64,000 nucleotides of DNA from Paraspadella gotoi (GCA_051294375.1 CM119268.1:4794278-4858277), one strand, 5' to 3'; shown: positions 47,401-61,645, numbered from the stretch's first letter. Made by a program: numbers and translations. The notes: generated by a model not told the origin, from the sequence alone.

Positions 47401-50400
47401 ACTAGGCGACAGTACTAAGCCCTAGGCGGTTAAAGCTACGAACTTAGCGTCCAGCCGGGCTAGAACCCCCATGATTTTGGAAACGAATGGCTTTAGCCAA
47501 TGACCGCTTTGTCATAGCCTATGAATCCACAAAATAAAATAAATTAAACAAAGAAATTACTAAGAGCGCAAAGAAAAGCAGACAAATTTATAACGTTCAA
47601 TCACGAAGAAAGTAGATGAAAAACACCTTTGGTTTAAAATTAATTATTCAATTATTTTTTTTTTTCAAGACGAAGAAATCGCGGAAAATGAGAAATCTTC
47701 TCTCGACATGACAGATTGGATCTACTTTCTCGGCTACTCGGTTTCAGCCCTTTCAGCCATAGCAGGTGAGGGTATGTCACGCATGGGAATTGAGGGTATG
47801 TCAGGAATGGCGGGTGGAGGTATGTCAGGCACGGCAGGTAAGAGTAGTTAGAGATATCTCAGAAGTAGTTGCTCATTTTTGTCAACGAACACAATCTTTG
47901 TCATCTTTGGCGTCATTGAATGACATTTTACCCACAAAATTTGTGGATGAGGCGCTAATTGGGCTGAAGAGTGCTATCCGCAACTTTATTAACCCACTCT
48001 ACAACGGGTCCAGGGCTTGGAACCGGGCTTTATGGTTTTCCACGTTCCCAAGTATCTCACGGTCGTGTGCAGAAGGTATTACTCAAGGAGCCGCCGGGTC
48101 AAGACTGAANNNNNNNNNNCAACAAAATTCATTCTCAGCTCATCGCCGCCATCTTGGCAAAAATCATCTTCTTCATTTTCCTTCAAATTTCCGTCAGAAA
48201 CGATTGGTTCGGCGATAAGGAGAGGTCAGTTGAGGGGGTCCGTGCGGTCCGTGCGTTTGTAGGTGTCCGTCTGTCCGTTATTGTGCCGGTTTTTTTTTAA
48301 ATATATAATATATAAATGATTAAACCTTGCTTAAAAAATTATTGAAAATAAATATATTAAAAATCTTGAATGAAAATTTGTTTGATTTCTTTCGTACCTA
48401 GAAAAATATGGAGTTGCAATCTTTATATTTTTAAATTTTTTATTTTTATATTTAATTAAAAAAATTTGTTTTTCTTTTTTTAACATTTTTAATAATGATA
48501 AAAATAGTAAAAATATTGATGATAATAATAATAAAATTTGCATTTTTTTTCTCTCAAAACACGTTTCCAACAGACTGACAGACCGAAAAAGTTATATAGC
48601 GTGATGTCTCGACGCAAATAAAAACACCTAATAACCAAACCTTTCATCCGAGTTTTTATTTCCCCAATAAATTTTTCTTTTTCCCTAAAATCCGACCTCC
48701 AGCCGATCGGAAGTCGTTTGCAAAACGCTCAACTCCATCTACGAGTATCTGGTGATCGTCCCCTTTTTCTGGATGCTCAATGAGGCCTTTTATCTGCACC
48801 TCATGGTCGTGTGGGCTTTCGGCCTTGACAATCTCAGGTGGGTGACGAACGACGTCATCGTTGACGTTTAATTAATCAAGAAGTGAAGGCAAATTGTTAT
48901 TCATTATTTATGGACCAAAGTGATGACTGGACCCTGGAGAGTTTGGAGACAATAAATTAATTATTGTATTATAATTTTCATTTGTCTTGAGGTAGTACGA
49001 GAGAGAGCGCCCCTCGTTCCTTTGGCTATCCCGACCGATGGAATTTTGATGCAGTTTATGTCAAATAAATGGTTTTTTAGTCATGTTATGTCATATCATA
49101 TCATGTGATCAAAGGGAAATACAGGCGAAAATAAAGTCACAATTTTAATTAATTTAATGAATACGATTCCTCCCCTCGCCCTTCTCCCCTATCCCTCTCT
49201 TAATTCTCGTTCTTCCTCCCTCTTTCCCCCCCCCCTCCTCCCAAAAATAGGCTCCTCTATTTCCTTCTCTCCGGCTGGTGCCTCCCCCTTCTTCCCATCG
49301 GCGTCTGGTACGCTATCAGCCTCAGCGAACCCACGCTACGCTGCCACGAGCGTAGCGTCTACGAGCTCATCTACGTCGTACCCATCTTCGTCTCGCTCGC
49401 CGTCAACTTTGTGCTGTTGCTCACCATCCTGTGGGTACTGGTCACCAAGCTGAGGGGCCAGAACGCCGTGGAGACCAGGTTGGTGGTGCTGGGAGGGGGG
49501 CGGAGTCACGGAGAAGAAGGGACATGTAGCGGGCATTTGCTCAAGTTGATATACAATTCATACTATTGAAACATTCTTGGAAATGTTAAATACGTACCGC
49601 TTCATTGATAAGGATTCGGGAATCTCGGTACTAATGGTACTATGGGAATGAATAAACGAGTCTGTGAGAAAGTCATGATTAAAAACTTGCAGGGACCTGC
49701 TTTGTCATTATATTGAAAGAGTGATGGAGACCATAAACAACCAAAGCCTGTTCAAAGCCAGGGGCAAATTAGCTTATTTCTTAAATGATAGGATAATTGA
49801 ATGTAGCAATTTAATAGTACCTGTGGATTGAAGAGTAAAGGCATCGACTCAGGACCACAAGATCAATCCTTACCCGGTGTCCATCCTTACTGTGAGGTCT
49901 GACGACGGACGTGAACCGTCTTGAGACCCTGGCAAACCCTCCAAGCCTTGTTTCATACCCCAAATCGCGAGGGGACTAAAAGTGTAATAATTTTTCTTCA
50001 GCGCACTTTTTGTGACTTACCCAGAAAGGAAAAAAAAATTAAAAGGGGTCACTTGATCCGATTTGGGTCCATAAAAAGTTTCTTGGTCGTGCAAGGAGAG
50101 ATTCAAAATATACTAAATTACTAATGATAAAAAAGATTATCATTTAAGCAATTCTTGCTTTTTTTTTGTTAAAAGGGTGTTCCTGTCGTGAGTTGCGTTA
50201 CACATTTTTGAATTGAATTTGATTTCTTTTCACTTTCATCTCTCTCTCTCTATCTCTCCCTCTTTCTTTCCCTCCCCAGAAATTACCGCAAGGCCTTCAA
50301 AGCCATCCTCTTCCTCTTTCATCTCTTCGGACTTAACTACGTCCTTTTCATCACTCACCCGGAGAACAACCCCGTCATGAAGACGCTCTTTTTGTGAGTC

Positions 50401-50540
50401 TTGATGTGTGTGTGAGAGAGAGAGAGATGTTAGAGGGGGATTGTTGTTGGCGAAGACACGAATCAAATAAACAATGATTAATAATATTACGCATCGGTAA
50501 GTTTAAAGTCTTTGAGATAGTCCACAATATTGTCTCCGAC

Positions 50541-50571
<31 letters not shown>

Positions 50572-52440
50572 CTCAAAAGCCAATAATGGAGATTGTTTTC
50601 AAAAGCAACCTTATCTTTATGTTTAGAATTTGAATAAAATAGATAGTAGTAATAAAACCAAAACCTTTCTATTCTGAAACAGAAAAATAAAATGCTCTCT
50701 CGTTTTTTCTCTTACAAAAAAAATTTATCTTTTTATTTTTTGGTTATGTACTAGTTGTTTGAGTATTTTTATGTCTTTTTTCATTTTCATTTTTTTTCTG
50801 TTTCTATGTATAACGACGTGGCCTTTTTCTTTCATTTTTTTTCTCTTCAGTAAAAGTCAGGGACAAGATAGCTTATTTTTCGAATGAGGTCGAGCAGTTT
50901 TATTCATGAAAAATACAAAAACATTATTACAATTACAAAATATCGAATATGTACCGAACATATAACGACCGATAAATAATAGCTTTCACTTCAGTACTAG
51001 AATGCGATGACCCTGGCAAGCGATTTGATTGCCTTTTTTTTCAAGACTCAATTTATGGGTTAATTTCCTGTTCAGTATAAATGTCATTTGTTATAACGTT
51101 CGTTCCGAAGTGATTTTTTTCTTTAGGGGATATAGCTTTTAAAATATTAGTCTCTTTCTTTTATTTTTCCCCTCATTATTTAATGTCCATCCTTTGACCA
51201 ATTCGATCGTTGCTCCTTGTCCTTCCTTTGCCCTTTGTCTGCTTTTGCTTTGTCCGCTCTTTACCCTTCTCACTTCCGCCCCTTTGTCCCTCCCACTTTG
51301 TCCTTCCTCTCTCCTCAGGGTCTTTAATTCGGCGATGGATTCGTTTCAAGGTTTTTTCGTGAGTCTCTTCTTCTGTTTCACCAACAAAGAAGTCAAAGAC
51401 GTGAGTTGAGAGAGAGAGGGAGGAGGGAGAGAAAGAGAGGGAGAGGGAGGGAGAGAAATCAGAGGATGACGTGAGTGAGGGGGTAGACGAAGGAGGGAGT
51501 GAGAGGGGGGAGAGAGAGAGAGAGAAAAAGGGAGAAAAAAAGTGAGAAAAAAAAAGAAAAAAAACGAGAAAAAGAAATCTAGGATTAGAAAGCGAGAAAG
51601 AAGGAGAGAGAGAGAAAAAAAAAATGAAATAAAGAACCCTAACGCAAATGCAACAAAATAACCACTCCTTGCTCCCACCCCCTTTTTCCCCCTTCCCCCT
51701 TCCCCCTCTCCCCCGTCACTTTTGAAAAGGCGCTGAAACGAGAAATACGGCGTCGGCTGGAAAATCGACGAATCCCCGCAGGGACGACGTCTCAGTCCCG
51801 TGGGGAAAGATCGGAAATGGGGATGAGCACGACGCTCTTCACTCGGGTAAGGAGTAAAAGGGGAAGGATAAACATGGGCTGGAAGGGGGGCGGGGTCGGG
51901 GAGAGACAGCAGAAGATCGAAGGTGAAAAAAGTGAGTGAGCAAATGAGGTTAAGCGGCGTCTGAAAGCGCGGGGGAAAAAAAAAATGAATTCAGCGGTCG
52001 ATGGGATCAGTCGTCCGTATATTTTTTTTTAAATTCTTTTATCAACGGACGGACAGACAGACCAAAAAGCGTCTTAAATAGATAGACCAGATAGACAGAC
52101 AGACTAAAAAGCGTCTTAAATTGAGTTTCGAAAAGGTACTGCGGACGTAGCGCCCAAAGCGTTTAAACCCTGATATAAAGATGAAGAGGGGAAACGTGCA
52201 AATATATCCCTGGGACATTCATTTTCTCTTATCTTTTTTTTTCTTTATTTGATTCATTGTCTCTCTTTTTCTTCTGTTTTTTTTCCCCCCCTAGCATTTT
52301 TTTTTATATCTCTTTCCTTTTTTTTTTGTCTCTGTCATTTTATTTCTCTTTCCCTCCAGGTTCCGGCGCCTTCGTCGGCAGAGGAACCGGAACAAGATAC
52401 TCGATTCGGCAAAGGAAGCGACTTAACGGCGACTGCGTGA
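44474..52440 (+). CDS. Class B (secretin-family) GPCR, CRF/DH44-receptor-like; 5' end unresolved, part of TM1-ICL1 lost in a gap
   Basis: Exons 44474-44730, 45972-46103, 46607-46676, 47670-47765, (gap)-48206, 48703-48837, 49251-49478, 50280-50393, 51319-51400, 51730-51846, 52360-52440. Motifs: ECD C..WPRTPA..C, C..NGTW..Y..C; IYFLGYSVS; NKIHSQL; WMLNEAFYLH; GWCLP; VLVTKLR..ETRNYRKAFKA; SFQGFFVSLFFCFTNKEV. Confidence 0.92.
48110..48119. other. Assembly gap inside the GPCR gene
   Basis: 10 Ns directly before the TM2-coding sequence. Confidence 1.
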
Positions 52441-53548
52441 TACCGCGATGCCGTAATACCGCAGGAGCAGTAATCACTAAATCTACGGCCCTTTTGACCA
52501 CTCGAATAAATTTTAAATACAGTAAAAGTTCATTGATACGAAATCCCCAAAAGACTACATCTGAGAAGAACTCATGGGTTATAACTTTAAATCGTTAAAG
52601 TCTGGAAGAAATCTTGAGATTAATCTAATACCATATATATTATATATAATAATATATATTAATAGAAATTAATATAAAGTTCAACAAAAATTACAATGGC
52701 ACTATTGTGCTGCTGTATGTTATTAGCTTAAAATAGTATTTTCTATTTTCAAATGTCGTTCTGTGAGTTTTGAAATAAACGAGTATTCCTCAATCCGTTA
52801 TTCACAGATTATTCACCCTCGTTTACTATGAAGACGAAGGCGAAGACCGGCACCTCTCATGAAATCCTAGTAAATTGGTAGTGAAAGGCTATTTCATAAC
52901 ATCGACAAAAAATTTATGAATATAAAAATTGTATCAAAGTCAGAAGCAACTATTTCGTACAATAGACTGGATTTATGCCGTAATTCAAGGTAGAGAAAGA
53001 TTAAAATTAAAAATTAAAATGACACAAATTATGCCAATGCTATTTCGTGATGATGAGTATCAAAAACGTTGTCCTTTAAATCTTATATTTTCTTCGTCGT
53101 CGTTTTCTTCCTCCTCTCTGCCACGATCGAGCGACGGTATGTAAAGAGAAAAGTAAAATAAGTACAAATCAATTAAATGTTATTAATTTAAACGAGGGAT
53201 GATTGTTTTAAGGTCCGGGATCACTCAATTCGAATTATAATTAGGCTAAAACCGAGCTCGGTTGTAGAAATTTAGCTTACATTTAAAAAATTATTTTTCG
53301 CTCGAAAATCTAGTTTTACCGAAGAAAAAAATTTTGTTTAAATTTTTATGAACATTTTAGGTAGATTTTTAAAAGTTTTCGATTATTTTTTAATAGAAAA
53401 CCTATTACAAGATGTGAGAAAATGATTAAGATACAGTAAATTAAGATTTCTACAATTTTAGGTTGAGTGATCCCTGGCCTTAACCGATCATAGTCCCCAT
53501 TATCAGATAATTTTCTCGCACAAACGAATTCGACTTATTCACGATAAA

Positions 53549-53686
53549 CTAACTTGTATTAGTCACGTGACCATTGGACGTCGATTGCCCAACGACGCAG
53601 TATTTTCTTTGATGAGAGAGAAGAGTAGATTTTCTTGTGAACTTTTTGTGACAGTCGCTGCAGGAAACACTCTTTGATGGAAGCGC

Positions 53687-53717
<31 letters not shown>

Positions 53718-56700
53718 TAGAAGAGAGGAAAGAAAAAAAAATCATATTAAAGAACATTTAAATGTTTTCAAATATTGTTTTTAATCATAACCCAAAACTG
53801 AGCAAAAGCGTTTGTAATTTCATTCCTTTCCTCCCCCCCCCCTCGCCCCCTCGCGAACCTTCTCCTTTCGATGCGAACTTTGATGACTTCTCATGTCGCT
53901 TTTGGTCTTGAATGATTTTTCGCAAATCTCGCAGACGAAATTCCGAGAGTCGCCATGGATACGGAGCCAATGTTTGCCGAGGACGCCGTTGGTGGCGAAG
54001 GTCTGAAAAGTGAGGGGAAAAAGTGAAACTTGAACTTACCCTGATCTCCTTCCCCCCGACCAAAGAACCTCGCCTCTTTCGAGGTCTTACCTTATTGCAA
54101 TCTAAGCACTTAAACATCTTCTCTCCGTGGACCCTGGTCAGATGCGTCCTCAGCGTCACTCTTGATTTCAAACGTTTGCCGCATTTGCCGCAAAGGTGCG
54201 TCTGAGGGTTGGAATGCTTCGTCGACAGGTGTCGCGTCAGGCGGCTGCAGACGGAAAAGGTCTCCTGGCAGATTTCGCACACCTGGCGGGAATGAAAGGA
54301 ATCGTCACGAGATTCCACTTTCCATTTGTTGTTCCTTTATCTCTTTTTTTTTCTCTTTTTTAAAGTTTCCTTTTCTCAATTTCTTTCTTTTGTCTTTTAA
54401 CTCGTATTTAAACTTTCTTCATATCTTTATTTTTCTGTAATTCCAATTTCTATTTTTTATTATTATTTCTTTGTTTTCATACCCAAATCTTTGGTTTGTG
54501 TTTGTCTATGAGATGCTTTTGCATCCGTTTTTTCGTCAATGAAATTCCACAGTGATCGCACAGTTCCATTTTCGGCGAATGATATTCTCTAAATGAAGAG
54601 AAAAAAAAAATCACCCTGTTACAGAATGTACATCTCTCTTCTTTAGTACCCTAAACCCAAAAAACCTCACCTCGACCCCTTACCTTACTCACGAACCTTA
54701 CCTGAGATGATCCCGCAGCTTCTCCTCGCATTCGTAGACTCTACTGCAGACGATGCAGGTCGGCACTTGTGCGCCGTGATCCAGCATCGCGTGAGTGGCG
54801 GACATCTTAATGTCGCAGAGGAGCGAGCATTTTGAGCATTTAGCTGCGGATTGATAACCATTAATACAAAAATGAAGAAAAATTATTAGTTTGACAATGT
54901 TTATCGATTATCGACAGAGCATTTGCAGAGGCGATGACACAGGGAAAAGACAAAGGAGACAATTATTAAATTATTTTTTGAATAAGTTCAAAGAAGATTT
55001 GTTTTTGAGTTAGGATGAAAAAGAAAGTGATCGTGATATCCTTCAGCAATCCCGACCGTCCACCCCTTAAGCCGTTTCACTCGTTCATTTGTCAATGGTC
55101 AGCCTGTAGCTGGAGTTTGGTCTGAGATTGGTCAGCCGTTTAAGGAACCGATCACATTAAAAGGCCGATCAAGGACCATTCGGTTGAAAACTATTCTTTC
55201 GATTAACCTTTAACTATGAATCACCAACCCCCAATCCTCCCTCACCCTCAAAAAAGGAACCGTCAACCACTCCCCCCCCCAGATTTTTCCTCACCCTTAA
55301 AAAGTAGTCGTGGCCCTCGTCCTTCGAATGCGTTTTCAAATGATCGACGAGTCTTCGCGCGACGACGAAAGATCTCGAGCAGACGAGACAATCGAAAGAC
55401 GCGGTCGAGTGGACGAACTTTTGGTGGAGGACGCAGTCGTCGAGTGGAACGAGAGCGCGACAGGTTTTGCACTCCAGAGTTGTTTTGAGAGGAGTGGTGG
55501 GAGGAGTGGCGGCGGTGGTGGCGGTGGTGGATGGAGACGGTGTGGTGTCGGGAAGTTTAGCGCGACTGGAAAGAAAAAAATGTGTCAGATGTGGCTTTAA
55601 TGCAGCTATTTTTTATTTCATCACTTTCTGTTTCTTACTCTCTCTCTTTCTCTTTTCTTCAACTTCAACTCAATCTCAACATCTCTCTCTCCCCCTCTCT
55701 CTCTCCCTTCCCTCTCTCTCTTTCTCTCCCCCCCTGTAGAGAAATGGCGATGCCATTTCTATTTATTTCTTTGCCATTTTGTTTACCATTTCTTTGACCT
55801 TTTTGTAAATTGTGCTTTTGCTTTTCTTGGAGATTACTCTCCCTTTTCTTTCTCTTTACCAGATATATTAGGCCATAGACTCTAGACCTTTCTCAGCCCG
55901 TCCAAAAACGGCCTTTTACGAAGCCAAGGTCACCCCACGTCACGTCACGTCAATCTTACGTCATGATACCATTTTAGTGAGCCATAGACTTGTGGACGTG
56001 CTCGTGGTCATACGTCTCAGACCACACTCGTGACGCCTCGTCGACTACCCTCGGCGGCGCCGGTAGCGGCGACCGCGGGTTTCTACCGTCCTTCGAGACG
56101 GCGCTACGGCGTTCACGGCGCTCGTCCATCGGCGCCGGGGCGTCGTCGCCCACTCTTTCCGACGACGGCTTCGAGGGACGTTGGGACGACTCGCTTCAGT
56201 ACAGCTACGCGACGAGAGATGCCGAGAGGCCTCGACCTACCCTACGGTTCGTTGACACCCCCTTACTCTCCCTCTCTCTCCTCCCCCTCCCCCACCCTCA
56301 CCTCTTCCTCGTCAACACTTCATCATTTTCCTTCTTCCGCGATGCTGTGCTTGATAAAATTTGCTTGGTATTTGAAGACTCGACCGCAAGCATCGCAATT
56401 AAATTCGTTGATCGATTTCGATCTGATTCTGACGCCGGACGAAGCGGCGTCGCCTTCTGTCAACGGTTTGAGATCATAGGCGGCGCCATCTGTGCCCGAC
56501 CCGGCGTCATTGGCGGCGCGTTCCGGCCCAAATCCGACGTCATTGGCTGCGCGTTCCGGCCCAAATACGACGTCATTGGCGGCGCGTTCCGGCTCCAATC
56601 CAGCGCTACATTGAACAACCTTTTCTTCCACCTCCTCCTCCTTCGTCTCTCTCTCCATCTCCTCTCCACGTGTCCTCGTCTCAATCTCCATCTCGCTCTC

Positions 56701-57407
56701 TCTCTCTGCCTTCTCTATCTTGTCCTTCGCCCCGTCTCCGCGACGATCGCCGGAAAGACGATCGTCGTCGTTGAGAGGAATATCGTCGTTAAGTTCTTCC
56801 TTGATCTCAAACTCTACCGCCTCCCCTTCTTCTTCCTCCCCTTCTTCCTCCTCCCAAACCCCTTCCGCTTCCTCCCCCACCGCCTTCAGCAAACCCACGA
56901 GCTCTTCCAAGCCGACCACTTTCAGTCCGCGTCTCTCCTCTCGATCTTCGATCCGAATCGACGCCCGAAATGTCGAGTGGCTCGTCGAGTCGCTCCTAGT
57001 CAGTCTGAAGGAGAGAAGATGAGAAAGATCTTAAAGTCGCGAGAAACTTAGGACTCCCGGATTGGCATTGCGAAAATTTCAATTATTCAGACTTAAATAA
57101 AGCTAGCCTTTAACCACCATAACCTGTCCAAAGTCAGGGGGGCAAGATATTTATTAAATTATTGGAAAATTCTTATATTGGTTGACGCTTGTAACAATTT
57201 TACATAAAAACGAAAGCGACTATGTGAACCCATTAATTAATATCGTTTCGATTACATTGATTTATTTGACTTCCTGCCGACGCACTCGATAGCCAACTTT
57301 CTCTCCTGCCGACGCACACACCTTACGACGCTGCCGATGGCGACCCCGCCGTCGGCGTCAACGACGACGCGAGCAAAGACGACCTCGTTACGCGCATGCG
57401 CGGCCAT
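53549..57407 (-). CDS. C2H2 zinc-finger protein (~11 fingers, acidic N-terminal region); two apparent 1-nt frame breaks
   Basis: Exons approx. 57407-57322, 57004-~56302, 55565-55295, 54843-54702, 54588-54483, 54282-~54090, 54003-~53860, ~53672-53549. Fingers include CLVCSRSF..LVDHLKTH, CEICQETF..LTRHLSTKH, CGKCGKRL..HLTRVH, CEICEKSFKTKSDMRSHQSSH and a terminal CSDC..HQRKYC. Confidence 0.85.
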
Positions 57408-58235
57408 CGCCCATCCGACGGGAAGGAAGTTAGAAGAGGCGACGAGGTCTTGGAAAGAGGCGGGGTGTCTGAGCGGGGGAAAGGGTGAACTGTGAAGGGG
57501 TAAAAGATTGAGGGGCGGAGGAAAGGGTGAACTGTGAAGGGGTAAAAGATTGAGGGGCGGAGGAAAGGGCTAAAAAGGCGTAATAGAAATTAACTAGGGG
57601 AAATGGATAAGGAGAAATGGTTAAAGATTAACATTCAAAAGATTTTCAGAAGATACCGCAAAATTCTCTTCGGTAAAATTTCGCTTTTATAATTTGAAAA
57701 CTATTTTAATTATTCTGCCATGTTTTAGTGATATAATTTATGCCAATGTCATTCACCCACCTCCCATTGACACGGCGAGATTGATCCTCGGAGAACATAA
57801 TGTCGTTTTCTTTGTTATCCTATTTAAAAGCCAGCGTGGATCCGATTCATTTTTACCAAAAGTTAATTATAAAAATTCGGTCCGTAACGCTGATCGTAAT
57901 GTCTTTATATGAGGCTGGATTAAAAGATTCACAAGTAAAGAACAAAAAAAGCTAACAGTGAGAGATCAGTCAGTATTCCGAGCGGTACTGCGCGATTCTA
58001 TAATTTAAGTCGCATACGAACGCTTATCGAAATCATTCATGAAAAGAATTAACAAAAATTAAACTATTAATATTCAAGAACTTGCCGTTTGAAAGAGACG
58101 ATATTGTGCAACAACAAAAAATTTTATTGGCGTAAAGAAGGAAAAAAAATTACAATTTAAAATGTAATGAGGCAACTTAAAACATTTAATTAACGTTTCA
58201 TTAAATAATCTTTCTCCTCCTCCTCCTCCCTCCAA

Positions 58236-61200
58236 TCATCTCAAGAACTCGTCGACGATCCTTTCCATGTCTTTCTCCCTCAACTGAAGATGCGCTCCGG
58301 GGACGAGAAGGAAGTGGAGTCTCCCTTCAGCCTCCATTTGACTCAAACCGAGGAGATCCTCGCGATAGAGACGAGACTCTTGGATGGGCTCGATCTGAGG
58401 GTCGGGCAGGTTGGGTGGAGCGGGGGGGGGGGCAGAGGGGATCGAGGAAGATTGTCACACGATTACCGATTGGCTCAACTCAGTCATGCCGCAGAATAAA
58501 CGTCATTTTAGAGGCGCTTAGTTGTTTGCTAACATTTTTTGTTTTTTTGTTGTTTTTTTTTTTGTTTTTTTTTGTATTTATTTCAATTTTCGTAAATAAA
58601 TATTAATTTTTATTGTTTCAAATGAATCTTTTATTATATTTCGGAAAGAGCTCGAAAAATATTAATGACGGACTGAGAAAAGTGGTTTTGAGGCGGTATT
58701 GTACAAAATTACAAATGTAAATTGTACAATTAACCATCATTTAGAAAACCATGAAATAAGAAAAGTAAAATAAAAAAAAATCCTTTTAAATAAACTTTTA
58801 AATTAAATTTGTCAAAAAAGAACTAAATTAATTAATATTTTCTCTTTTTTAATAAATGTAATTTCCCCCTAAAAAACCACCAAGAACTCACAAAACCCCC
58901 ACCCGCTCTACCTCGTCGTTCTGTCCTGTCCTATAGAATCCGAACCATTGGGAATCGATGGGCATCACCATATGATCCTCTTTGAATTTGATGAGAACAA
59001 GATTCTTTAGCTTCATCAGATTTTTCTTGTAGACAGGGTTGAACTTTCGCTCTTGGTTCAGATCGACTTTTGGGGTAGGAGGAATAAAAATCATTAGCAT
59101 TTTAATTTAAAAACTTACTTTTTTAAATTTATTTTGATCGTGTCGCGTCCCAAAGGGATATTTAATCAATTGGTAGATAAAATTACAAAGGCTTTGAAAA
59201 CTTCGCAGCCACGAAATTTAATTTTGATTTTGAAAACGGTTTATTTTATTTTATTTTATTTTTTTTTTACATCAAAAGCAACGCAATTCTCAGATACAAC
59301 CTTACTCTCCAAAAAAGCTGCGAACTCACCCAAAAACGAGTTTGAATTTTTGTATCGATCTTCCCTCCGAGGGTCGTGCCAATACTGAAGCTGCACGATG
59401 TAAGAAGAGAGAAAAGGCAAGTAGGCCAAGTGGGAAATGAAGTATCTGGCAAGGATGAAATAACTTTTAAGAGATAGAGAAAGAGGGTGTGTTTGTGTGC
59501 GTCCCTCTCTGTAGAAATATTATTAGGGGGAGACTAACTCAGTAAGGTGGTTAAGAAATTGAATTAAGCACCTGCTCAAACGAAAATTTAGACATTTTTA
59601 AAAAAATTTGAATAGACAAATTTTTTTTATATTACTCCATACTCAATATATTAATTTTTAAATATTTATTTATAAATAGGAAAGGCTAAAAATTTTTTTT
59701 TTGATTTTTAAGATCAGATTCAGGTAGCTTGCAAAAAGTTGTCTACACAAAGTATAATTCTTTTTTCGATATTTTAATCATAAGTATGTGAAAAATATGA
59801 AAAACTATTTATAATCATCATCATCATCATTTTTCGATAATTTTATTACTTTTAATTTTAATTTTGACCAAGAAAACATAAATATTTTGGAAAGTTGTAG
59901 TTAAATTTTTTATTTAACTTTTTATGCTCTATCAGAATCCATCAAAAAAAGTTAAGATTGATTAAAAAAATTTTTTATCATTATATAGTAATATTGTAAT
60001 TTTAATAGCAACAATAAAAGCATTAAAATCGAACTTTTTTAAAAAATTCTTTTTTTACCTAAAAGTAGACTTCAAGAATAGAGTTTTGAACCCCCGCCCC
60101 TATTGAATTTAATTTCATAGTAGATTTCTAATATTATGCCTCGCCTATCTTTCTCTCTCGGTCAAATTATAAGACCGGTCTTTTTGAGTGACTGAAGCAG
60201 TCTTTTTTAAGGTCAATGCTGTCTTTATTCTGGCTTTTTTGATACGTTTTCATTCACGATCGAATCATGTAACCGTCGGCCCGTTAGAATTTAAGTTTCT
60301 ACGGGTTTTTGATAATGCAAATAATAATAAAATAATAGTTATCCAAAAACTCAAGTTGTACTAATTTAAACGGGCGACGCCTCGAACGCGGTACTCAGAA
60401 GGCATAGAAAATTTAAATACATTTTCTACACACTCACTCACTCTCTCTCTCCCTACCCCATCCTCAGTCAGAGATCCGCCTATTTCCTCACCGTAAATAG
60501 TCGCAAGCCACGTAAGCGACTGTGGCATACTTCTCCAACGTCCCGCAGAATGGAAGACCGTAGATTCCCTGATGTTGACCTCCGACGGAAACGAGCGTCC
60601 GCATTGGTGGTGTTGGACATCGTTGCGCCACACCGCGGAGAAACTGAGAAAGAGATTGTGATTTGGGTCGGTAGTATGAAGAAGAAGGGCAAAGAAAGGA
60701 CAAGGATAGAACTGAAGCAGCAGTCGATGGCACTCTACCCTGTGTTATCTTGTCCTTTTCGGTATTCCCTTGTCCTCTGCCATGTTCCGAGTCTCTTCCG
60801 TTTTTCCATGACCTGACCCATGTCCCCACGCCCTGGGGCCATTGTGCTATCCTCCCCGGCCCTCTTCCGTATTCATTTGCCATTTTTCAATACCTTTCGG
60901 CATCTTCACATGCCCTATGCCATCTTTCATCGTCTTCCCCTGCCACGTTCTATGGACTTCCGCCAACTTCCCACGCCACTTTTCCCCCACATTCGCCATT
61001 CTCCGCCCCGCTCAACTCCGCCATTCACACCTGCGCCCCCTGCGAGAAACCGATGGCGTTGTATCCTTCCTTCAAGAGTTCGTCCGCCTCAAGCGAGCGG
61101 CACGCCTCCTCGATCTTATCGTCCACGTTGCTGACGAAGGAGGCGAAAGTAGAGCGAAGCCAAGACGCGCCTCCGATGCTGACGCAGTGGACGTGAAGTC

Positions 61201-61645
61201 CGGGGATGCGGGACTGGAAGTAGGTCTTGTTGAAGGAGGGGTTGACGGTAAGGCCGATTGGGGAAAAAGAGGAGGAAGAGAAGGAGGAGGAAGAGGAGGG
61301 AGGAAGAGAAGGAGGGAGGTAAATCGGGGTTGCGAGAAAGGGATGCGACGAGGAATCACTGTGCGTACCGTCAAGGATCCGACGGAGAAGTCATTGTGGC
61401 AAGAATCGCCCATCCCCGGCCAAATCACGAGCGGGATGGCGAGGAAGGGGCGGGGGGATTTTAGACGGAGAAGGGGGCGGGGCAATCGACGGGGAGTTCG
61501 AGTGCGGGGCGCGGTATTTGTTGGCGGGCGTCGCTCAGCGCGTCGGCGGAGGTTCCCGCGTCGAAGCCCGACTCTTCGGCGGCGAATTTCCAGGACACGA
61601 GTGGACGAAGAGAATAATCAGAAAGACGGAAACGAGGCGACGCAT
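58236..61645 (-). CDS. PPT1: Palmitoyl-protein thioesterase 1
   Basis: Exons 61645-61369 (one frame break after the signal peptide), 61225-61031, 60643-60492, 59445-59330, 59066-58912, 58394-58236. Motifs [63 protein letters not shown] and PGAHLQL. Ser-Asp-His triad intact. Confidence 0.93.

Noticed and set aside
55990-57051. 353-aa plus-strand ORF
   Set aside because: Mostly the antisense frame of the acidic exon of the zinc-finger gene. It has a non-ATG start and no recognisable domain.
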